A stretch of DNA of 49,281 nucleotides from positions 1 to 49,281 of the forward strand of contig CAYSCH010000016.1 in the NCBI GenBank assembly GCA_964429355.1, written 5' to 3'. Positions 19,834 to 26,645 of the stretch are shown in pieces (within the stretch, counting starts at the first letter, position 1; each line of letters starts with the position of its first letter). Position numbers and translations under genes: made by a program. This DNA is from an uncultured Planctomycetaceae bacterium. GTDB lineage: Bacteria > Planctomycetota > Planctomycetia > Pirellulales > Thermoguttaceae. The notes beneath the pieces were generated by a model. The model was not told the origin of the DNA and did not search any database. It saw only the letters and a list, made by a program, of their open reading frames with translations.

Positions 19834-20283
19834 CTAACAGGCGGTCGAATCGCCGCTGGAGAAGAGATCGCTGGAAGTTCCGGCGTCGACGGTGAGAGGA
19901 CGGCGCCCCTGGAAACCGCCGTTGATTTCGTGCCAGTGGAGTACCTCAGGCTCGCCCAGCTTCCAGCAGAGGTAGATATCGCGCCCGTCGAGTCGCGATG
20001 GAAAATCGACGATGCCTTCGACAGCGCTCTTGGGCTCAATGCCGAGTTGCCGAAGCTCGTCGACGTAGCCTCGCAATTGCATCGCATCCTCTTCAAGAGA
20101 GGCTTCCATGGCAGCCAATTCCTGCCAATAGGGATCGTTTTCGTTCCGCACTCGGTTGTTCAGAAGGTAGCTCACCCGCTGGCGGCGTTCCGTTACCTCC
20201 TGCGACAAATGAACCAGATCGGAAACGATGGCGCGAACCAGGGGCAATGCGGCGTTGGCCTGTTCGATGGTGAACGTTTTCAT
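19834..20283 (-). CDS. DUF2203-family protein
   Basis: MKTFTIEQANAALPLVRAIVSDLVHL... matches the DUF2203 N-terminal pattern. ATG at 20283 is preferred over the upstream in-frame start at 20325. Confidence 0.7.
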   Translation of the reverse strand: MKTFTIEQANAALPLVRAIVSDLVHLSQEVTERRQRVSYLLNNRVRNENDPYWQELAAMEASLEEDAMQLRGYVDELRQLGIEPKSAVEGIVDFPSRLDGRDIYLCWKLGEPEVLHWHEINGGFQGRRPLTVDAGTSSDLFSSGDSTAC

Positions 20284-20343
20284 GGCTGTGTGTTCCATCG
20301 CACGAAAACCGCGCCCGAAAACCACCCAAGTCCCACCCGGATC

Positions 20344-20473
20344 CTAGTGCTGTCAAACCTCAGTTTTTGGGTTGGCCATCGGCTGGAGTCCAGCCTTCAG
20401 GCAGGCTTTTGCACGCCGAAGCGTGGACTCCAACGATCGGCAACCCCGCCCTTAAGACTTGACAGAGCACTAG
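20344..20473. repeat. ~130-bp nested imperfect palindrome (candidate structured RNA, REP/MITE-like element or terminator)
   Basis: Outer arms CTAGTGCTGTCAA / TTGACAGAGCACTAG (13 bp, 2-nt bulge). Middle GGGTTG/CAACCC plus ATCG/CGAT. Inner TGGAGTCCA/TGGACTCCA (9 bp, perfect). Apical hairpin CACGC-CGAA-GCGTG. Read directly from the sequence. Confidence 0.5.
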
Positions 20474-21027
20474 TTTGGACCTTCGTGGACGGGCTCGGTA
20501 ATTTGTTTGGACAAGGCAACTGCGGTCGGATTCAGGGTCGCTCTCCCCCAGGCAATTTCAAGGGGCAACCGCGAGAAATCGACAAGGCATCCATCACGAC
20601 TGTAACAACTCAAATCGTGGGTAGATCCCATAAAAATGCAGTCGACGGGACAGTTTTCGGTACACATCCCGCAGAACATGCATTTTGTGTAATCGATGAC
20701 AAAACTCGTCACCCGAAATCCTTTGCGCCCTTCGACTTTCTCCTTCCCGATGTAGATACAGTCGACCGGGCAATCCCGAGCGCAACGCTCACAGGCGATG
20801 CAGGTGGTCAGATCAAATCGATGGAAGCCACGATAGCGAGGGGCCACCGCAATGGGGAGTTCGGGATATTCATACTTCTCGGTGAAAGTTTTCCGGTCGG
20901 GATTGTAGGTACGGATCCAGTACCGCATCGTTACCCACATCGCCTCTGCCACCGTGGTCACGGCCACGATGATATCGCGACACCAACCGGCAAAGCCGCC
21001 TGCGTGTTGAGAATGGCCGAGAGACAT
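20470..21027 (-). CDS. NuoI-like 2x[4Fe-4S] ferredoxin subunit (orphan, no other nuo genes nearby)
   Basis: Two CxxCxxCxxxCP motifs (CIACERCARDCPVDCI, CMFCGMCTENCPVDCI) and the NuoI-like spacing and N-terminal region (VTMRYWIRTY...KYEYPE). Confidence 0.75.
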   Translation of the reverse strand: MSLGHSQHAGGFAGWCRDIIVAVTTVAEAMWVTMRYWIRTYNPDRKTFTEKYEYPELPIAVAPRYRGFHRFDLTTCIACERCARDCPVDCIYIGKEKVEGRKGFRVTSFVIDYTKCMFCGMCTENCPVDCIFMGSTHDLSCYSRDGCLVDFSRLPLEIAWGRATLNPTAVALSKQITEPVHEGPN

Positions 21028-21281
21028 GTGGTCCTCAAACGATGTCGTGAAGGAAAGGTGCTATTCGGGCAGCGACGGGGGTGACTCAACCCACCCTAAA
21101 GGGTTAAGAGAATAGAACTCACTGACCTCAATGGATTATAGGAGTTTGGGGGCAGAAGTCATAGGGTGGCTGCAATTGGGGGGGTACGATCTTTCGGCGA
21201 GATGGTCAACCGTTTCAGCTTACCTATGTGGCAAAATCCGTACCGCGGCAGTCGATAATTTTCCGATCGATCGATGTTTCC

Positions 21282-21310
21282 TTGACTTGCTACTTTTGGC
21301 GGCGTATGCT
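21282..21310 (+). promoter_or_regulatory. Candidate sigma-70-type promoter TTGACT-N17-TATGCT for csrA
   Basis: Near-consensus hexamers with a 17-nt spacer, about 80 nt upstream of the csrA ATG. Sequence only. Confidence 0.4.
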
Positions 21311-21389
21311 GGAACAAAGGCGGTCCCGGTACGTACGCCCGTGCAGTGTCCTTTTCGGAGGGCCTGCCGCCTGGGCAAGGAACGATAGG

Positions 21390-21608
21390 ATGTTGGTACT
21401 ATCCCGAAAGAAGAACGAAAGTATAGTCATCGCGGATGACATTACAATCGTGGTCGTCGAGATTCGAGGAGACAAGGTTCGCCTCGGGGTGGAAGCCCCG
21501 AAGGAAGTGCCGGTCCACCGTCGAGAGGTCTTCGATGCGATACGTCGCAACGAAGCTGCCGCAGCCGAAGGGAAGGCAGACACGGCAGAGACCAATAAGG
21601 ACTCATAG
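21390..21608 (+). CDS. csrA: Carbon storage regulator CsrA
   Basis: MLVLSRKKNESIVIADDITIVVVEIRGDKVRLGVEAPKEVPVHRREVF is an unmistakable CsrA core. 72 aa with a short acidic/Ala tail. Confidence 0.9.
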   Translation: MLVLSRKKNESIVIADDITIVVVEIRGDKVRLGVEAPKEVPVHRREVFDAIRRNEAAAAEGKADTAETNKDS

Positions 21609-21647
21609 AGCCACTACCGAAACCGTTGGTTGTGGACCTCCATGTTC

Positions 21648-21669
21648 GTGGGAGCCTCCCACCTTTTGT
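21648..21669 (+). terminator. Candidate intrinsic terminator after csrA
   Basis: GTGGG-AGCCT-CCCAC hairpin followed by CTTTTGT, about 40 nt after the csrA stop. The stem is short (5 bp). Confidence 0.45.
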
Positions 21670-21945
21670 CAGGGCATCTGGGAGACTCTCGCTTCTTAGA
21701 GCCGGTCCGAAGATTTTCGCCGCCCGATTGTTTTCCGTTGGTGGTGGCCGTCTTTGTGGTTTTGGGGCAATTCTTGAAGGCCGTGGCAGGCCCAGCTGAA
21801 TAGCCTTGCGGGATTCCCGGAGGGAATTGCGGCAAGGCACTGGACGAACTCGATGGGCCGGGGCTGACAGAGTTCGCCGGCAAAACAGGGACATGTGCGC
21901 CGATTTTCGTGTCGAATACTCGCAGCCGGGCTGGGCGGTCCCCCC

Positions 21946-21974
21946 TTCCCAATCAGCTCCGCAGGTCTTAGAAT
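21946..21974 (+). promoter_or_regulatory. Candidate promoter TTCCCA-N17-TAGAAT for tRNA-Glu
   Basis: The -10 box ends 19 nt before the mature tRNA 5' end. Sequence only. Confidence 0.3.
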
Positions 21975-21993
21975 CGACCGTTTGCGATCGGCC

Positions 21994-22067
21994 GGCCCCG
22001 TCGTCTAGCCAGGTCAGGACACAGGCCTTTCAAGCCTGTAGCACGGGTTCAAATCCCGTCGGGGTCA
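21994..22067 (+). tRNA. tRNA-Glu (anticodon UUC)
   Basis: Cloverleaf folded by hand. Acceptor GGCCCCG/CGGGGTC, anticodon arm CAGGC-CTTTCAA-GCCTG, T-arm ACGGG-TTCAAAT-CCCGT. CCA is not encoded. Confidence 0.9.
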
Positions 22068-22132
22068 CTATGTTCGGACGCCGTTGCGTCTGAGCAGCAG
22101 GACTACCATACAGAGAAGGCACCTACTGGAGA

Positions 22133-22179
22133 GGAAGAAGTTGCCCTCCGCAAGCAGGAGGAGTTCTTCCTTTTCTTTT
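22133..22179 (+). terminator. Strong intrinsic terminator-like hairpin plus T-tract, between tRNA-Glu and hemH
   Basis: Two-tier stem GGAAGAA...CCTCC-GCAAGCA-GGAGG...TTCTTCC followed by TTTTCTTTT. It ends 23 nt before the hemH ATG. Confidence 0.6.
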
Positions 22180-22201
22180 GCGCTTCGAGAGGGCTTGGCA
22201 G

Positions 22202-23221
22202 ATGGCACTCCCCTACGATGCCGTTCTTCTTCTCTCGTTCGGTGGGCCCGAGGGGATCGACGATGTGCGCCCGTTTCTCGAGAACGTCCTCCGCGGCAAA
22301 CACGTTCCGGAAGAACGACTGCTCGAAGTTGCCGAGCACTACTACCTGTTCGATGGGGTGAGCCCCATCAATGCCCAGAATCGCGCATTGTTGTCAGCCC
22401 TCATCTCGGAGTTGCGAGCCCACGGCATCGACCTGCCGGTTTATTGGGGGAACCGCAATTGGCATCCCCTGCTTGCCGACACCATGCGTCAGATGTCGGA
22501 GGACGGCGTTCGGCGGGCGCTGGCCTTCGTGACGTCAGCTTTCGCGTCTTATTCGGGTTGCCGGCAGTATCTTGAGGACATTGAGCGAGCCAGAGGCGAG
22601 ATCGGGAGCCAGGCTCCGGTGATCGACAAGCTGCGGCTTTTCCACAACCATCCCGGCTTCATCGAGCCAATGGCCGAGCGTATCGCCCATGATCTTGCGT
22701 CGATGGACGATCGGGCGCGTGCGGTGGCGAGGCTGGTCTTCACGGCCCACAGTGTTCCCCAGGCCATGTCGGCCGGATGCGCCTATGTCGCCCAGCTTCG
22801 CGAGGCTTGCCGCCTCGTGGCGGAGCGGATTGGCCGGACGGAGTGGGACCTCGTTTACCAGAGTCGCAGCGGCCCCCCGTCGCAGCCATGGCTGGAGCCG
22901 GACGTGAGGGACCACCTGAGGGGGCTCAGCAGTGCCGGCTGCAAGGACGTGGTACTGGTTCCAATTGGATTCCTGTCGGAGCACATGGAAGTGATCTACG
23001 ATCTCGACGTGGAAGCTGCCGAGGTTTGCGAGGAGATCGGCATCCACCTGGTTCGATCGGCGGTGGTCGGCTGCCATCCGCGTTTCGTGGCCATGATTCG
23101 AGAATTGATCCAGGAGCGACTTGACGAGAGACCGCAACGCCTGTCGCTGGGCGAGCTTGGGCCTTCTCCCGACATTTGCCCCGACGATTGCTGCCGGTGG
23201 CAGTCGATGGGTCCTACATGA
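22202..23221 (+). CDS. hemH: Ferrochelatase, actinobacterial/CpfC-like type
   Basis: YDAVLLLSFGGPEGIDDVRPFLENVLRGKHVPEERLLEVAEHYYLFDGVSPINAQN is the ferrochelatase N-terminal signature of the actinobacterial type. The ATG at 22202 is preceded by GAGAGGG. The ORF-track start at 22178 is a TTG inside the terminator T-tract. Confidence 0.85.
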   Translation: MALPYDAVLLLSFGGPEGIDDVRPFLENVLRGKHVPEERLLEVAEHYYLFDGVSPINAQNRALLSALISELRAHGIDLPVYWGNRNWHPLLADTMRQMSEDGVRRALAFVTSAFASYSGCRQYLEDIERARGEIGSQAPVIDKLRLFHNHPGFIEPMAERIAHDLASMDDRARAVARLVFTAHSVPQAMSAGCAYVAQLREACRLVAERIGRTEWDLVYQSRSGPPSQPWLEPDVRDHLRGLSSAGCKDVVLVPIGFLSEHMEVIYDLDVEAAEVCEEIGIHLVRSAVVGCHPRFVAMIRELIQERLDERPQRLSLGELGPSPDICPDDCCRWQSMGPT

Positions 23222-25292
23222 AACTCTGAAGGACATCTGGTGGAGCCGGACCGTAGGTGAACGGTTCCATCGAGCAGGTCGCCCGTCCCTGGCTGAGGCC
23301 GCGCATGGCGTTGGCAAACCCGAACAGGTTGGCGAGCGGTGCTTCGGCATCGATTACCGTATTGCGTCCGCGAGTCTGGGTCCGGGTGATCACAGCGCGG
23401 CGTTGTTGAAGATCGCTGACAAAATCCCCCAGGCTCTCCTCGGGAGTGGTGACTTCCAGCCGCATGATCGGTTCGAGGAGCACGGTGCCCGCCTCGGCCA
23501 GGGCTTTTCGAAAGGCATCCGCCGCAGCCATTCGAAAGGCCATTTCGTTGCTCTCGGTTTCGTGAACAGTGCCGCCGAGGACAGTGATCTTCACGTTCAT
23601 CAAGGGGAATCCGAACATGCCGCCGCCTTCTCCTTCTCCGGTGAGAACCTCCATGGCGGCAGCCAGGTATTCACTTGGCAACTGGCCCGCGCACGCGCTC
23701 GTCACCGTCACGGGCTTTTCTCCGTGTTCATGACGTTCCATACGGATGGTCAATTCCGCGAACAATCGCTGCCCGCCGACGGTCCGGTGGCATTGCCCAG
23801 TGGCCTCAACGGATCGCTCGATGGACTCGCGGTAGCTGACGCGAGGATTGTGGACGCGGACGTTGAGCCGATGTTCCCGCAGCAGTTGGTGCGTGATGAA
23901 TTCCAGGTGCAGTTCACCCATGCCGCTGATCAGTGTCTGGCCAGTCTCTTCGCTTTCCTTGGCGCGAAAGGTTGGGTCCTGGCGCCGCATCATATCGAGG
24001 ACGGCCGAAAGCTTCTTGCGGTCTTCGGAGCTTTCCGGTTCGATCGCCATCGAGATCACGGTTTCGGGAAAAACGATAGACTCCAGGAGGATGGGGGCCT
24101 TCACGTCGCACAGCGTATCGCCGGTGATGCTGTGGCGGAGCCCGATGATGCCGACGATGTCGCCGGCTTCCACGGCCGAGATCTGTTCGCGACGTCCGGC
24201 CTGCAATCGCCAGAGTTGCGGCACATTCTCCTTCTGGTTTTTGCCGGCATTGAGCACACGGCTGTTGGCTTTCAGACGCCCCGAATAGACCCGAACGTAG
24301 TGCAGATCGCCATGCTTGTCGGCTTGAATTTTGAACAGCAATCCGCAGAACGGTTCTTCGGGATCTGCCTTGCGGCGCAGCTTCTTGTCGGAGTCTTCGG
24401 GATCGGTACCTTCCACCGGGGGAATATCGGCCGGACTGGGAAGAAAGTACGTCACGGCATCCAACAGGGGCTGGACACCAATTCCGTCGAGCGCCGATCC
24501 GCAGAGCACGGGAACCACCATGTCGTGGATCACGGCCTCTCGGAGCACCTTGCGAACGAGTTGTGGGCAAATCGGTTCATCGGCGAGCAGCAGTTCTGCC
24601 AATTCGTCGCTGAGCAACGATAGCTCATCAAGGAGGCTGGCTCGCCACATCTCGGCATCGTCGATCATATCGTCCGGGATGTCGCTGACGACGATCTCGG
24701 TACCGTCCACCTCGCTGGGGAAGGTCAACAGCTTCATCTCAACGAGGTCGACAATCCCTCGGAAGGCGCCGTTCACATGAGGGGGCCCGCTGCCGACGGG
24801 AAGATTGACGGGCAACGGTTTGCACTCGAGCCGTTTTTCGATCTCGGTGAGGGTTGCGTAGAAATCGGCCCCTTCGCGATCCATCTTGTTGATGAACGCC
24901 AAACGCGGCACGTGGTATTTGTCGGCTTGGCGCCAAACGGTTTCGCTTTGGGCCTCAACGCCTTCCCGGGCACTGAAGACGACAACCGCGCCATCGAGAA
25001 CCCGGAGGCTTCGTTCGACCTCGGCGGTAAAATCCACATGCCCGGGAGTGTCGATGAGATTGATGATCTTACCATTCCAGGGGAACGTGACACAGGCGGC
25101 GACGATGGTGATCCCGCGTTCCTGCTCTTCGGCGAGATAGTCGGTCACGGTGGTGCCATCGTCGACCCGGCCGATCCGGTGGCTGGCATGGGAATAGAAG
25201 AGCATTCGCTCGGTAACGGTCGTTTTACCGGCATCGATATGGGCTATGATCCCAATGTTGCGAAGCTGTTCCAGTTGCCGAGCCATTGCCAT
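23214..25292 (-). CDS. fusA: Translation elongation factor G
   Basis: RNIGIIAHIDAGKTTVTERMLFY, DTPGHVDF and full-length EF-G similarity. Alternative ATG at 25286 (MARQLEQ...). Confidence 0.95.
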   Translation of the reverse strand: MAMARQLEQLRNIGIIAHIDAGKTTVTERMLFYSHASHRIGRVDDGTTVTDYLAEEQERGITIVAACVTFPWNGKIINLIDTPGHVDFTAEVERSLRVLDGAVVVFSAREGVEAQSETVWRQADKYHVPRLAFINKMDREGADFYATLTEIEKRLECKPLPVNLPVGSGPPHVNGAFRGIVDLVEMKLLTFPSEVDGTEIVVSDIPDDMIDDAEMWRASLLDELSLLSDELAELLLADEPICPQLVRKVLREAVIHDMVVPVLCGSALDGIGVQPLLDAVTYFLPSPADIPPVEGTDPEDSDKKLRRKADPEEPFCGLLFKIQADKHGDLHYVRVYSGRLKANSRVLNAGKNQKENVPQLWRLQAGRREQISAVEAGDIVGIIGLRHSITGDTLCDVKAPILLESIVFPETVISMAIEPESSEDRKKLSAVLDMMRRQDPTFRAKESEETGQTLISGMGELHLEFITHQLLREHRLNVRVHNPRVSYRESIERSVEATGQCHRTVGGQRLFAELTIRMERHEHGEKPVTVTSACAGQLPSEYLAAAMEVLTGEGEGGGMFGFPLMNVKITVLGGTVHETESNEMAFRMAAADAFRKALAEAGTVLLEPIMRLEVTTPEESLGDFVSDLQQRRAVITRTQTRGRNTVIDAEAPLANLFGFANAMRGLSQGRATCSMEPFTYGPAPPDVLQSFM

Positions 25293-25341
25293 CTTCCCGC
25301 ATCATCGTTGAAATTGCCAATTCACCATCTTGCCAACCGCG

Positions 25342-25379
25342 CAAAAGAAACGCCGCGCACGTTGGGGACCGGCGCGGCG
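25342..25379 (-). terminator. Canonical intrinsic terminator between rpsG and fusA
   Basis: On the minus-strand RNA: CGCCGCGC-(13 nt)-GCGCGGCG, a perfect 8-bp GC stem, followed immediately by UUUCUUUUG. Confidence 0.6.
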
Positions 25380-25468
25380 AGCGTCTCTTGAGCCGCTAAC
25401 AAGACCTCTGTTCGTGCTAATCCACGCCCGCGGGATATTCCCACGTCTTGTCAGTGCCTCAGGCCACA

Positions 25469-25939
25469 TTACCAGGCGAAATGGGCAAATGCCTTATTCG
25501 CCTCGGCCATGCGGTGGACGTTTTCGCGGCGAGTCATGGCGACACCCTCGCGTTTGTAGGCGGCGAGCAGTTCGTCGGCCAGCTTCAAATGGGTCGGGCG
25601 ACCTTTCTTCTCTCGCAGCGCCATCAGGATCCAGCGGATTGCCAAGGATTGCTGGCGAATCCGGTTGACCTGCATCGGGACCTGGTAGGAGGCACCACCC
25701 ACGCGTTTCGACCGAACTTCGATATTCGGCTTCACGTTTTCGAGGGCCTGCGTGAACACGTCGATCGACTCAACGTCGGGCATCTTTTTCTTGATCACGT
25801 CCAGGGCGCCGTAGAAGACGCGCTGAGCCGTGCTCTTCTTACCGTCCCACATCAGGCAATTGATGAATTTGCTGGCCAAGAGGGAGCCGTGCACCGGATC
25901 CCCTTTGAGTTGTTTTCTGCTCGCTGTGATTCGACCCAT
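25469..25939 (-). CDS. rpsG: 30S ribosomal protein S7
   Basis: [46 protein letters not shown]... is full-length S7. ATG at 25939; the ORF-track start at 25954 is a TTG. Confidence 0.95.
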   Translation of the reverse strand: MGRITASRKQLKGDPVHGSLLASKFINCLMWDGKKSTAQRVFYGALDVIKKKMPDVESIDVFTQALENVKPNIEVRSKRVGGASYQVPMQVNRIRQQSLAIRWILMALREKKGRPTHLKLADELLAAYKREGVAMTRRENVHRMAEANKAFAHFAW

Positions 25940-26046
25940 GGAATAGATTCCCAATCTAGAATGCTTTTATAGAGCCGATCCCAAGATGATCGCCGACTCT
26001 ACTGTGCCCCGCCTGTGGGAGGCCTTTTACGGTTTGGGGTAGGTTC

Positions 26047-26415
26047 TTATTTCTTCTTGGCGCCATACCGGCTACGGGCCTGCTTGCGATTCTCGACTCC
26101 GAGGGCGTCGAGAGTACCGCGGACCACCTGGTAGCGGACACCAGGTAGATCGCGAACTCGCCCGCCACGGACGAGGACAATCGAGTGTTCCTGCAGGTTG
26201 TGTCCTTCACCCGGAATATAGACCGTGACTTCCTTCCCGTTCGAGAGACGCACACGGGTGATCTTGCGCAGTGCGGAATTGGGCTTTTTGGGGGTCATCG
26301 TCTTGACCTGCAAGCACACTCCCCGCTTCTGAGGGCAGCGATCGAGGACCGGGGCCTTGGTCATTTTCCGCTTCATTACGCGGCGTTTCCGGACCAGTTG
26401 GTTGATTGTTGGCAT
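26047..26415 (-). CDS. rpsL: 30S ribosomal protein S12
   Basis: [12 protein letters not shown]...CPQKRGVC...[11 protein letters not shown]...[12 protein letters not shown] is full-length S12. Confidence 0.97.
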   Translation of the reverse strand: MPTINQLVRKRRVMKRKMTKAPVLDRCPQKRGVCLQVKTMTPKKPNSALRKITRVRLSNGKEVTVYIPGEGHNLQEHSIVLVRGGRVRDLPGVRYQVVRGTLDALGVENRKQARSRYGAKKK

Positions 26416-26533
26416 GTGTCAGCTCGAATTCTCTAACGTTATAATTGCTCTTCCCTCGCAGGGGGGAGGAGCATCCAGCGGAGACACTTGCGTCTCCGCA
26501 TTCCTAGTAGGACCTGTGGGATTGGAATCACTC

Positions 26534-26561
26534 AGCCTATCGCAACCACGGCGGCTGTCAA
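26534..26561 (-). promoter_or_regulatory. Candidate promoter TTGACA-N16-TAGGCT upstream of rpsL
   Basis: Consensus -35 box on the minus strand, about 120 nt upstream of the rpsL ATG. Sequence only. Confidence 0.3.
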
Positions 26562-26645
26562 GGCATGCAATCGGTTGTCGATGGGGGGCAACTCAAGATT
26601 TCGCAGGCAATTCGAAATATTGTTGTTTGCAGGGGAAGTTCTCGA

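Noticed and set aside
21609-21993. Possible CsrB-like sponge RNA with multiple GGA motifs downstream of csrA
   Set aside because: I counted about 8 GGA trinucleotides in about 380 nt, roughly what the base composition predicts. Only one sits in a convincing hairpin loop, and that one is reported separately at low interest.
11422-23221. Apparent Fe-S/heme theme (ygfZ, iscA-type carrier, NuoI-like ferredoxin, possibly Fe-S ferrochelatase) as a functional island
   Set aside because: The genes are on different strands, separated by large unrelated genes (WD40, DUF11) and have separate promoters. This is most likely coincidental clustering.
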